From Candidatus Magasanikbacteria bacterium CG10_big_fil_rev_8_21_14_0_10_47_10 (GTDB taxonomy: Bacteria > Patescibacteriota > Patescibacteriia > Magasanikbacterales > UBA922), in assembly GCA_002773135.1 (NCBI GenBank), contig PFCB01000021.1, positions 961 through 39,246 on the forward strand: a DNA stretch of 38,286 nt. Reading direction: 5' to 3'. A program made the translations under genes and the position numbers. The notes under the pieces are model-generated. The model had not been told where the DNA came from and did not search any database. It saw only the letters and a list, made by a program, of their open reading frames with translations. Numbering within the stretch: the first letter of the stretch is position 1; the number at the start of each line of letters is the position of its first letter. Below are positions 9,147 to 17,937 of this stretch, in pieces.

Positions 9147-9283
9147 TGAACTAAAAAATATCAACCACTGCCGCGATATCAAGGTCTGTCTCTACTTTCC
9201 TCGCATCCCCAAGCTAACAAGCTTGTCTCGGCGTAGCCGAGCGAAGCGAGGTGAAGACGGACTCCACCGCACTGGTTGATATT
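9147..9283. repeat. Long inverted repeat enclosing a REP-like palindrome (infA-rpmJ spacer)
   Basis: AATATCAACCA...TGGTTGATATT terminal arms; internal GTCTCGGCGTAGCCGAGCGAAGCGAGGTGAAGACGG. Confidence 0.55.
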
Positions 9284-9295
9284 GTTCAAATGCCC

Positions 9296-9514
9296 TTAGA
9301 GCCTATATGTAATGCGCCCTTTTGTCAAGTCGTAGGGAGTCATTTCTATCTTTACCCTATCACCCACTCCAAGCCGGATCCTATGCATACGCATTTTCCC
9401 GCCAAGGTAGGCAATGATTTCATGGTCGTTTTCAAGCTGAACCCGAAATTTTGCTCCGGGAAGCACCTCGTCAATCAACCCTTCGACAATAATAGCGTCT
9501 GTGTTTTTTCCCAT
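9296..9514 (-). CDS. infA: Translation initiation factor IF-1
   Basis: EG...E.LP...[26 protein letters not shown]. 72 aa from ATG 9514. Confidence 0.97.
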   Translation of the reverse strand: MGKNTDAIIVEGLIDEVLPGAKFRVQLENDHEIIAYLGGKMRMHRIRLGVGDRVKIEMTPYDLTKGRITYRL

Positions 9515-9539
9515 GAAGGTGGACGTTGTAACTGTGCGC

Positions 9540-9568
9540 ATTATACTGAAGCATGGATTTTCTGTCAA
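9540..9568 (-). promoter_or_regulatory. Consensus sigma70 promoter of the infA-rpsI operon
   Basis: TTGACA-17 nt-TATAAT, a perfect consensus ending 25 nt upstream of the infA ATG. Confidence 0.85.
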
Positions 9569-9599
9569 GAAATTGCCTGTGAACAGATATGTAAACAGG

Positions 9600-9626
9600 A
9601 AAGACGGCCGCTATCGGCCGTCTTTT
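9600..9626. terminator. Terminator-like hairpin in the divergent intergenic region
   Basis: AAAGACGGCCG-CTAT-CGGCCGTCTTT, 11-bp perfect stem. Confidence 0.5.
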
Positions 9627-9666
9627 GCTCCATGCGGAGATACCCCTTCCTGAAATGCACTGTATG

Positions 9667-9733
9667 TTGACAAACGGTGAATTAACAAGTAAGGTGCCAA
9701 AAAATGATCCTTTTTAAACAAACTGTTTAAAAA
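9667..9733 (+). promoter_or_regulatory. sigma70 promoter plus palindromic operator candidate
   Basis: TTGACA(9667)-17-TAAGGT(9690); TTTTTAAACA-AAC-TGTTTAAAAA (9711-9733) immediately before ATG 9736. Confidence 0.6.
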
Positions 9734-9735
9734 TT

Positions 9736-10599
9736 ATGCTGATAAACGGCAAAACTCGCCTGGAAAATCATGTGATTGACTTTCTCACTGAGCACGGGGC
9801 ATGCTCTGCGAAATCTCTCTATCAAGCGATTCAGTCCACCTATGGTCCTTGCACAATTCAGGGACTCTACCGCGTTTTACGGCAGCTTCAGTCAAAGGAG
9901 GTTGTTGTAAAGCAAAAAAAACAGTATTGCCTCGCTATTCCCTGGCTGATGGGTATTTCTCGTTTAACTGATGAAATGGAGGAAACGTACTTGCGCCATA
10001 CATACTTGAGCCAGTTGCTGCCAAAGACAGAAAGCCGTCACGTGTGGACCTTTTCCAACCTGCTCAAGATGAACAGCTTTTGGTCACACCTCCTTCTTGT
10101 TATGGCAAAGGACAGCAATGACGCTGTTGCGCTTCACTACTCTCCGCATGCCTGGTACCTTATCCTGCACCGTGACCAATCCATGCAATTTTCCAAAGCT
10201 CTTTTGCGACAAGTCCCTGCGTCACTGACTGTTGTTGGGAGTAAAAGTTATCTGGATAAGATGTCCACGAGTGTGACACAAGACATTTATCCAAATAAAA
10301 AGTTCTACCTGGCGCCACCGGACGAACACATTGAAAAAAGTAGAAGTACACACATTGACGTCATTGGGGATTATGTGTTGGAAGTGAAGATGGATGAAAA
10401 AACAACAGCGCTTATTGAAAATTTGTTTGCCAATACTGTCGCTCCCCACGATATAGACTCGTCCGACATCTTTCCTTTTTACGAACACAAGGCTGCTGTA
10501 AAAATGACATTAAAAAAAGATCCCAAACGCGCCGGGATCTACAAGAAAAAATTTGAAAATCTATTTGGTCCACTGCACAAGATGAAAAAAGACAGCTAA
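9736..10599 (+). CDS. Putative transcriptional regulator with N-terminal winged helix-turn-helix
   Basis: N-terminal ...SAKSLYQAI...TIQGLYRVLRQLQSKEVVVKQKKQY wHTH-like pattern; C-terminal domain unassigned. Confidence 0.6.
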   Translation: MLINGKTRLENHVIDFLTEHGACSAKSLYQAIQSTYGPCTIQGLYRVLRQLQSKEVVVKQKKQYCLAIPWLMGISRLTDEMEETYLRHTYLSQLLPKTESRHVWTFSNLLKMNSFWSHLLLVMAKDSNDAVALHYSPHAWYLILHRDQSMQFSKALLRQVPASLTVVGSKSYLDKMSTSVTQDIYPNKKFYLAPPDEHIEKSRSTHIDVIGDYVLEVKMDEKTTALIENLFANTVAPHDIDSSDIFPFYEHKAAVKMTLKKDPKRAGIYKKKFENLFGPLHKMKKDS

Positions 10600-10657
10600 T
10601 ACATCCAAAACGAAACGACAGTCTAGACTTTAGTGTTGTTTTGAGAGTCTTGGCTTT

Positions 10658-12562
10658 CTATTCCAGTATTCCCTTGATGCGTCTGACGCCCGCACTGCAT
10701 GCTTCTTCTTTGGTTATCTTAAAATGCCCAAGGATTCCAGTATGTTCAACATGCGGGCCACCGCATATCTCCCGGCTAAATGTGGGATCTTCCGGATTTG
10801 CATTGCCACTATGGCCGGGATCTCCGACTGTGTATACTTTTATCACATCATCATACCGATCGGGAAAGACACCAATCACGTGCTGATTGTAGGCTGCCTC
10901 TACCGGCATCTCTTGCCAGGTGACTGCATAATCACGGGCAATAGCCGCGTTTACCAAGTCCTCTACCGACTGAATTTGCTCCGGTGTCATTTTTTCTGAA
11001 TGTGAAAAATCGAATCGCAGGCGTTCCGGTGTTATATTACTTCCCTTTTGACCTACATGATCTCCCAACACTCTCCGCAGGGCGATATGCAGCAAATGTG
11101 TTGCTGTATGGTACTTGACACTCATCTCCGAGTGATCAGAAAGTCCACCTTTGAACTTCTTTTCAGCGCCCTCACGAGAAGTGTTTTGATGTTTCGCTTT
11201 ATCCGCTTCAAACGCGTCCATATCTACCTGCAATGATCTCTCTTTTGCCAACTCTTCTGTCAGTTCAATAGGAAATCCATAGCTTTGATACAAATCAAAT
11301 GCATCAGTTCCACTGAGCACAGACCCTGCGTCCAAATCTTTTACCAAGTCCTCGAATCGTTTTAGCCCTTGACTGAGTGTATTGCGAAACTTCTTTTCTT
11401 CTTTTTCCATTTGTGAACGAATTTCTTCTTCCTTTTCTTTGAGCTCCGGATAGGCATGCTGATACACATTCACAAATGCCTGAGCAACTCCGGCGCAAAA
11501 ATTTCGCTCAACACCAAGCTGTTTGGCAAACCGAACAGATCGACGCATAAGTCGACGCGTAAAATAGCCTTGATCTTTATTTGATGGAAATGCCCCATCT
11601 GCAATCAAAAATGTAGCGGCACGAATATGATCCAATATGACGCGAAACGCATAGGTTTCAGTTTCATCATCTCCATACTGCTTTGCGCTTACATCTTGCA
11701 GCACCATACGCGCATCATCAAACAGATCAATCTTAAAAATGTCCGGATCATCGTTTAACGCGGCAGCCATGCGTTCCAGCCCGCCTCCAAAATCCACATT
11801 TTGTTGTGCCAATTTTTCAAATCCTGCTGCAGTCTTCTTATATTCCATGAACACATTGTTGCCAATTTCCAAAAATCGACCACAATCGCAGTTTACATGG
11901 CACAGTTCATCTTTCCATACAGAGCCGGCGTGCAAACCAAGCGATTCACCAAAATCCCAAAACATTTCTGAATCAGGGCCACCCGGCTCACCATCCGGCA
12001 TCTTTGATGGGACACCTGCGCGGCTCCACCAATTTTTAGTTTCATCGTAATAAAAAATGCGTCCGCCTTGCATACCCTTTTCTTCCGGCTGATCTACGAT
12101 TTCAGCATCAATTCCTTTTTGTAAAAATAATCCCTGCCACAGCTGGGCGGACTCCACGTCCTTTGGAATATCAAGCTCACTGTTTCCTCTAAAACAGGTT
12201 ATGTATATTCGGTTCGCGTCCAAACCAAGCTCTTGGGTCAAAAATGCAAACATCCATGGAATTTGTTCTTTTTTAAAATAATCACCTAAACTCCAATTCC
12301 CAAGCATTTCAAAAAACGTGGTATGACGATTGTCACCCACTTCTTCGACGTCTTGCGCACGAAAACATTTTTGAGAGTCAGTTAAACGTGATCCTTTTGG
12401 ATGTTGCTCACCCAAAAGATACGGTACCATGGGTTGCATACCCGATCCGGTAAACAATGTTGTCGGATCATTTTCCGGTAACAATGAAGCGGACGGCATG
12501 ACCTCGTGGCCTTGCTTCTTAAAATAATCCAAATATGTTTCTCGAAGTTGGTTCGTGGTCAT
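10658..12562 (-). CDS. alaS: Alanine--tRNA ligase (short form without C-Ala domain)
   Basis: DPTTLFTGSGM, HTTFFEMLGNWS.GDYFK, DFGGGLER, DHIRA; editing HTATHLL and EICGGPHV; ends at GVRRIKGILE. Confidence 0.96.
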   Translation of the reverse strand: MTTNQLRETYLDYFKKQGHEVMPSASLLPENDPTTLFTGSGMQPMVPYLLGEQHPKGSRLTDSQKCFRAQDVEEVGDNRHTTFFEMLGNWSLGDYFKKEQIPWMFAFLTQELGLDANRIYITCFRGNSELDIPKDVESAQLWQGLFLQKGIDAEIVDQPEEKGMQGGRIFYYDETKNWWSRAGVPSKMPDGEPGGPDSEMFWDFGESLGLHAGSVWKDELCHVNCDCGRFLEIGNNVFMEYKKTAAGFEKLAQQNVDFGGGLERMAAALNDDPDIFKIDLFDDARMVLQDVSAKQYGDDETETYAFRVILDHIRAATFLIADGAFPSNKDQGYFTRRLMRRSVRFAKQLGVERNFCAGVAQAFVNVYQHAYPELKEKEEEIRSQMEKEEKKFRNTLSQGLKRFEDLVKDLDAGSVLSGTDAFDLYQSYGFPIELTEELAKERSLQVDMDAFEADKAKHQNTSREGAEKKFKGGLSDHSEMSVKYHTATHLLHIALRRVLGDHVGQKGSNITPERLRFDFSHSEKMTPEQIQSVEDLVNAAIARDYAVTWQEMPVEAAYNQHVIGVFPDRYDDVIKVYTVGDPGHSGNANPEDPTFSREICGGPHVEHTGILGHFKITKEEACSAGVRRIKGILE

Positions 12563-12563
12563 A

Positions 12564-14468
12564 CTATTTTTCAGGTGGATAGGAGGTAATCACGCGTTTG
12601 ACGCCCAGAACCGGTCCGGTATCGCCACCGGAAAACACAACAGGGTAATGATACTGTTCAAACAGGGCCGGATCTGAAACAATAACGCTTCCATCTTTCA
12701 AGAGCGATACCCCTTGTTCATTTGGAAAAAAATGCTCAAACAAAAGTGTATACTGCTCATCAAATGTTCCGGGTCGTCTGTTATCTTCATATATACGATA
12801 TTGAGGCATGCCGTTGACCGGACTAACCAGCTCCATAACATAGAGATTATTATCCCGGTATTGCTTCACACAGTCAGAAAAAATCCCATTTTTATTAAAT
12901 GCAGCTGGACAGGAAGCTCTATTTTCTTCTGCCATTGCCTCTAAGAGAGTATAATAATTTATTTTTTTTACAACATCGGGACTACCACTTCTAAGCGAAT
13001 CAAACGCCCTCACGGCACGCTGCACACCAAAATGAAACTCAAGGATGCTTTCTCTGCGAGCATCTTCATTTGTCACTTTTGCAAGTGTTATGTACAAATT
13101 CTTTTTTTGACTTTCATCAAGAGAATGAAACGACTCGCTCGCGATCACTTGTGCTATGGATGGTGCCACGTCTATTGCCGACATATTCCATCGTAGATAC
13201 TTTGTATCAAGACTTTTTTCTTCTTCAACAAAACGTCTGATATTTTCTTGCGCGATGACAGCGTCAACATTTACCACACTCACGATGGTCAGCGCGACCA
13301 AACCAAGACCCGCGGAAGTAAAGAAAAAAATACGAAACGACGTGTTTTTCAATATACTTATTACTGAAAACAATAACACTGCAATAGTAAAGTAAATAAA
13401 CCACTCGACGTACAAACGCAGCACGGTAAAACCAAATACATCTTGATAGAGTTCCATTCTTCTTAACGCTGAAACAGCGACAACACCTACCTGCGCAATC
13501 AACAAAATTAAAAGAAAATTTACAAAACGTGAATGTCTATGATAGGTAAATGACCTATAAATAAATGAAATAAACAGCGCAGCAATCACCATGATCCAGA
13601 CAAGTTCAAAAAAACCATTTCTCGCGTACTCAGCAAATGTAATATCATTATCAAACACAAAGCTCGCGTTTCCAAAAAAATATTTTATCTGGATAGCAAC
13701 AAATATCAAAAACAACGCGTTTACAAGAGAGAGAACCACGCTTGTTACTATCTGATCATATTTTGCCGCCTTTAGTTCAATCTTTTCCAGTGTATGGCTA
13801 TCCTTGATCAATACATAAAAAAATCCAGCCGCCAGCAATGCCATAAGCCCTATTCTGAAAATTCTCCACACAATTTCAGCACTTATGTGCACATCAAAAA
13901 TTTTCTGAAAGTACGTCGCAAAGATATCATCTGCAGCATAAAAAAGCGCCGCAAACACGACCAATAAGGGTATGGCCAAACCAATTCCGACAATGACTTT
14001 TCTCACGGCCTGTTTTCGGCCGCCAAAGTCAATATAGAATACATCCTTAATGACATCGCCGATTTCTATCATCACTGCGGGGAACAAAAATAACTGAAAT
14101 ATGGGAATTCCTCGCAGTGTAAAGGTTGTGCCATGAGGATTGCGCAAAGTCAGCACCACCGACAAAAAAATCCCCTGCATGATAATCAAAAATGGAACCA
14201 ACTCGGTAACCAGTCTGTTCCCAAAGAACAACACTTCGCCGCTCATGATCAAAAAAGGAATAGTGAGCAACAAAAACGTACGCTGTCGAACATGGTCAAA
14301 TATTGCGTTGATTAGTACAAATCCGACCAAGTACGCCACAGAGAATAAGAAAAAACCCAAACCCAACTCATGATCCCAAACAAGGAAATCATAGGATATG
14401 GCCATGATGAACGCGAATGCAATGTAGATGAGGCGCTCTTTCTTTTTATTGTTTGCAACTGGTGTCAT
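12564..14468 (-). CDS. DUF4153/DUF4173-type polytopic membrane protein with C-terminal soluble extension
   Basis: AIPLLVVF..L..AD..F, YARNGFFEL, SALRRM.LY...FGFT.LR motifs. Start at ATG 14468 (track start 14492); overlaps the end of mnmA. Confidence 0.75.
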   Translation of the reverse strand: MTPVANNKKKERLIYIAFAFIMAISYDFLVWDHELGLGFFLFSVAYLVGFVLINAIFDHVRQRTFLLLTIPFLIMSGEVLFFGNRLVTELVPFLIIMQGIFLSVVLTLRNPHGTTFTLRGIPIFQLFLFPAVMIEIGDVIKDVFYIDFGGRKQAVRKVIVGIGLAIPLLVVFAALFYAADDIFATYFQKIFDVHISAEIVWRIFRIGLMALLAAGFFYVLIKDSHTLEKIELKAAKYDQIVTSVVLSLVNALFLIFVAIQIKYFFGNASFVFDNDITFAEYARNGFFELVWIMVIAALFISFIYRSFTYHRHSRFVNFLLILLIAQVGVVAVSALRRMELYQDVFGFTVLRLYVEWFIYFTIAVLLFSVISILKNTSFRIFFFTSAGLGLVALTIVSVVNVDAVIAQENIRRFVEEEKSLDTKYLRWNMSAIDVAPSIAQVIASESFHSLDESQKKNLYITLAKVTNEDARRESILEFHFGVQRAVRAFDSLRSGSPDVVKKINYYTLLEAMAEENRASCPAAFNKNGIFSDCVKQYRDNNLYVMELVSPVNGMPQYRIYEDNRRPGTFDEQYTLLFEHFFPNEQGVSLLKDGSVIVSDPALFEQYHYPVVFSGGDTGPVLGVKRVITSYPPEK

Positions 14469-15684
14469 ATACGTACTCAATAATTCCTCCACCTAAACAA
14501 ACACCATCTTTATACATGACAGCAAACTGTCCGGGAGTGACAGCGCGCTGCGGACTGTCAAAAACCATAACATGGAGCGATTCTTCGTCGCTACGCTCCT
14601 TGGGATAACGAACCATTACTTTTTGAAGCGGTTGCCGATGTCTAAGCCTTACTTCACATTCTAACTGGAAAAACCTTGAATGTCCACTTGCTCCTATCTG
14701 CTTGTCCGCCAGAGCTGAACAAAGTGAAGCGTCGGCGGATCCACCGATCCAGTGCATATTCTGCACGCCAATTTGTTTTTTGTACAAGAGCGGATCATCT
14801 TCATACCCGACCACCAATTCATTCTTCTCAAAATCTTTTTCTACAACGTAGAGCGGCTTTCTACCATCACTATGAACTATTGGCTTCGAACTATGAACTC
14901 CCAAATGCCGCTGACCAATCGTATAAAAGGCCAGCCCTTCGTGTTCACCGACTCCTTCACCGGAGCTCATGACAATCTTTCCCGGTGTTTTGTGTATTTT
15001 TTGCTGCAAAAAATCCTTCATTGGCACTTCACCGACAAAGCAAATCCCCATGCTCTCCGGCCTATTGGCTGTGGGGAGGTCAAACTCGTGTGCCATCTTC
15101 CGAACATCCGCTTTTGTATATTCTCCAAGCGGAAACATGGTGTGTGCCAGCTGCTCCTGGGACAGCTGGTGGAGAAAATATGTTTGATCTTTGTTCTCAT
15201 CCTTGGCCTGGAGGAGTTGATAATTGGTGATTGGTAATTGATCATTGTTTTGAATTTTGAGTTTTGTGTTGTTTTGAGTTTCCCGCCGAAGGCGAGCATA
15301 GTGCCCGGTCGCCAGATAGTCAAAACCCAGCTCATGCGCTTTATCCAGCCACGCGCCAAATTTAATAAATTTATTGCACATGACATCGGGATTGGGCGTG
15401 CGTCCAGCCTGGTACGCATCAAACATATATCCCATGACCCATTCTTTATATTCCTTTTCAAAATCCAGCGTCAAAAAATCAATGCCAAGCTTTGCGGCCA
15501 CTCGCATGGCATCTCGCCTATCTTCCTTCCACGTGCAAACACCAGATACCTCCTTTGTATCGCTCCACTGCTTCATATACGCGCCTGAAACGTAGTGCCC
15601 CTGCCGTACCAAAAGAGCGGCGGCAACTGACGAATCAACGCCCCCAGATAGTGCCACAAGAATTTTTTTACTCTGTGTATGCAT
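14446..15684 (-). CDS. mnmA: tRNA-specific 2-thiouridylase
   Basis: SGGVDS, GRTPNPDVMCN, ATGHYA, KDQTYFL, ESMGICF, YTIGQR, AVTPGQ, CLGGG. Confidence 0.96.
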   Translation of the reverse strand: MHTQSKKILVALSGGVDSSVAAALLVRQGHYVSGAYMKQWSDTKEVSGVCTWKEDRRDAMRVAAKLGIDFLTLDFEKEYKEWVMGYMFDAYQAGRTPNPDVMCNKFIKFGAWLDKAHELGFDYLATGHYARLRRETQNNTKLKIQNNDQLPITNYQLLQAKDENKDQTYFLHQLSQEQLAHTMFPLGEYTKADVRKMAHEFDLPTANRPESMGICFVGEVPMKDFLQQKIHKTPGKIVMSSGEGVGEHEGLAFYTIGQRHLGVHSSKPIVHSDGRKPLYVVEKDFEKNELVVGYEDDPLLYKKQIGVQNMHWIGGSADASLCSALADKQIGASGHSRFFQLECEVRLRHRQPLQKVMVRYPKERSDEESLHVMVFDSPQRAVTPGQFAVMYKDGVCLGGGIIEYVYDTSCKQ

Positions 15685-15733
15685 AAAACCCCATCAGAGT
15701 ACCTTACCCCCACAAAAAAATCAATGTTCGAGT

Positions 15734-15766
15734 AAAAAAAACGTCCCGACTGAGTCGGAACGTTTT
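15734..15766 (-). terminator. Rho-independent terminator
   Basis: Minus strand: AAAACGTTCCGAC-TCA-GTCGGGACGTTTTTTTT, 12 nt after the zinc-ribbon gene stop. Confidence 0.8.
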
Positions 15767-15777
15767 GAATGCGTGAT

Positions 15778-16062
15778 TTACGCGTCGCCTCTTCGTGCTC
15801 TGTTACAGTCCATGCAATAAATTGGTCTATCACCTGTAGGCTGGAATGGCAGCTGTGTAATATGCTTGCCACATTCAGCACAGTTCAGATCAACGTCATA
15901 CATGCGTCGTTCGCGCGGTGCGCGGGTCTGGCGCTTTGCGCGCAGACAGTCAGAACAGAAGACCGGTCTGTCACCGCTTGGTTGAAACGGCAGCTGTGAA
16001 ATATGCTTGCCGCATTCCGCGCAGTCCAGATCCACGTCATACATCTGTTTGTCGCTATCCAT
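15778..16062 (-). CDS. Tandem CxxC-x17-CxxC zinc-ribbon protein
   Basis: Two copies of MYDVDL.CAECGKHI.QLPFQP.GDRP..C.DC. Confidence 0.88.
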   Translation of the reverse strand: MDSDKQMYDVDLDCAECGKHISQLPFQPSGDRPVFCSDCLRAKRQTRAPRERRMYDVDLNCAECGKHITQLPFQPTGDRPIYCMDCNRARRGDA

Positions 16063-16184
16063 ACGTGTTTGGATGTTTGCTTTTAATAATCGACCTTTCC
16101 TGTCCCGTCATCCTGCCAATGGCTGGTGTGTACGGGATTACCGCGACAACTTGATGAATAACTCAATTTGTTACGCGTGGCCAA

Positions 16185-16214
16185 AGTATACTGGAAGCCA
16201 AAGGAGCATGTCAA
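16185..16214 (-). promoter_or_regulatory. sigma70 promoter of the zinc-ribbon gene
   Basis: TTGACA-18-TATACT, implying a leader of about 115 nt. Confidence 0.6.
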
Positions 16215-16231
16215 TAGACTCTCAGTACGCC

Positions 16232-16639
16232 CTATGTATCCTTGCTGCCGGTACCGTCAAACTCACCTCCGGCAACACTCGCGACGGCTACAATCAAAAC
16301 CAGGGTCGCGTACAATTTCCAATCCGTATAGAGCGCGGCGAACTGATCCAATGGCTGCTTTGCTATGTACGCGCCCAATGCGGAAAGCCCATCCAAGATC
16401 AAGGATACAGCCACAATGATAACGCCAAATTGAAACCCACGCGCTGTGCTTGGCTGAAGTTTTTTAAAAAACCACTTTGAAAAAATCAAAACGAGCGGAA
16501 TGATACAAACCCAAAAAAATATATAGCTCTTCAAACTATTTTGATCTTCAAAATATGGAACAGCACGGGTTAACGCGTACAAAAGAAATGATGAAACATA
16601 CAGTAATATGCTCATCCAAATAGCTCTTTTATAGTTCAT
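16232..16639 (-). CDS. Hypothetical 4-TM membrane protein
   Basis: 135-aa ORF with four hydrophobic segments; 1 nt from the upstream gene. Confidence 0.7.
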   Translation of the reverse strand: MNYKRAIWMSILLYVSSFLLYALTRAVPYFEDQNSLKSYIFFWVCIIPLVLIFSKWFFKKLQPSTARGFQFGVIIVAVSLILDGLSALGAYIAKQPLDQFAALYTDWKLYATLVLIVAVASVAGGEFDGTGSKDT

Positions 16640-16640
16640 A

Positions 16641-16973
16641 TTATACGAGTGTTAACACCAAACCCAATATAAAGAGAATAAGAAAAACGAACAGCCAGCC
16701 AATGGTTGACCACATCATAACTGTCGCGGCCTTAAAATGATGATGAAGCAACTTTTTGAGCGGCTCAAAGAAAATCAGCCAACCACACACCGCAACGGAC
16801 AAAAAGATAAGGAAAAAATTAAATGTATACCGTATTACCTGACCAATTTGATCCTGAAACATGAATTCAATGTTAAGGATGATCAGGGAAAGAAACAGTA
16901 AATAAATAACAACGAGCACAGCATGAAGAAATCCATGCCAGAACGGGTTGCGGTAGTCGCGATTGAGCAGCAT
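16641..16973 (-). CDS. Hypothetical 3-TM membrane protein
   Basis: 110-aa ORF with three hydrophobic segments. Confidence 0.7.
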   Translation of the reverse strand: MLLNRDYRNPFWHGFLHAVLVVIYLLFLSLIILNIEFMFQDQIGQVIRYTFNFFLIFLSVAVCGWLIFFEPLKKLLHHHFKAATVMMWSTIGWLFVFLILFILGLVLTLV

Positions 16974-17038
16974 AGTGACGGATGAATTATAAATTATTCA
17001 AAGCAAAGGGAAATGAGAAAGGATGTAAACAGTATACC

Positions 17039-17117
17039 ACAGCAAATGCATTTGCTGTAGCTGGTTGACATTTGATCAAAAATGCGCTAGCGTTGGTGCA
17101 CCAACGAGGAGGAGAGG
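17039..17117 (+). promoter_or_regulatory. Perfect 20-bp palindrome, sigma70 promoter and strong RBS
   Basis: ACAGCAAATGCATTTGCTGT (17039-17058); TTGACA(17065)-17-TAGCGT; GAGGAGGAG before ATG 17118. Confidence 0.65.
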
Positions 17118-17885
17118 ATGCGAGTCGAGAACTTCGTGGGTAGGATATTCCTGCTCCGTCACGTCGACAGGGACAAGCTGAATGTGGATCCGGAGGTCCG
17201 CGAGCTGCCCACCGAGCTGGGCGAGATCCAGGCGTTCACCATGGGATCGATGCTACGCCGGCAGTTCCGGGCGCACTTCATGCGGCGGATGGCGTCGCCG
17301 GCCGGGCGCTCGTTGCACACCAACGAACTGCTGCACCGCGCCTCGCTGCCACTGGTGGCTAGCCGCGGCCAGGCCGGTGCGCAGACTCTGCAGAAGTTCC
17401 GTGATCTCAAGGAAGACCCGCGGGTCGATGAGGCGGTTCAGAAGGAGATCCACGAGCTTGGGATCCTGGGCCATGGGGGCGAGCACCTGATGCTCGCCAT
17501 GTTCACCAACCCCGAGACCTACCCGGACTCGCGGCTAGCCGAGTTCCTCACGGTCAAGGCCAGCGAGATGACCGTGGCGGTCAACAGCATCGTTGAGCAG
17601 ATGATGCTGGACGAGTACCGTGGCACGGACACACTGGTGGCCGGCCTGCACGGTGGCCAGCTGGACTTCCTGCACCACCACTTCACCGCGGAGATCTTCC
17701 AAGGCCAGCCCCAGCGCAGGACCACGAAGATCTTCCGCAAGGGAGAGGGCTTCATGCTCGAGGCCCTCGACCTCCACCCGGACCTGCCGGCCGACAAGGA
17801 GTGGCGGGTCGGCCGCGTGACGGAGCTCCGCTGGCCCCTGTGGCTGGAGGAGGTGTGCACCGAGGCGATGGGCGGCGGCTCCTGA
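17118..17885 (+). CDS. Histidine phosphatase superfamily-like protein (GC-rich gene)
   Basis: FLLRHVDR (RHG-like), ASPAGRSLHT (SPxxRxxxT) and LVAGLHGG motifs in the expected order; strong G/C third-position bias. Confidence 0.65.
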   Translation: MRVENFVGRIFLLRHVDRDKLNVDPEVRELPTELGEIQAFTMGSMLRRQFRAHFMRRMASPAGRSLHTNELLHRASLPLVASRGQAGAQTLQKFRDLKEDPRVDEAVQKEIHELGILGHGGEHLMLAMFTNPETYPDSRLAEFLTVKASEMTVAVNSIVEQMMLDEYRGTDTLVAGLHGGQLDFLHHHFTAEIFQGQPQRRTTKIFRKGEGFMLEALDLHPDLPADKEWRVGRVTELRWPLWLEEVCTEAMGGGS

Positions 17886-17907
17886 GCGAGCAAGAGGGAA
17901 CATAACA

Positions 17908-17937
17908 CCTCCCGCGTGGCTACGGCTGCGCGGGAGG
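17908..17937 (+). terminator. GC-rich hairpin after the phosphatase-like gene
   Basis: CCTCCCGCGTGGC-TACG-GCTGCGCGGGAGG with a C(UACG)G tetraloop; the T-run is about 20 nt further on. Confidence 0.55.

Noticed and set aside
15790-16050. Direct DNA repeat as a mobile element or array
   Set aside because: Explained by the duplicated zinc-ribbon domain within one ORF.
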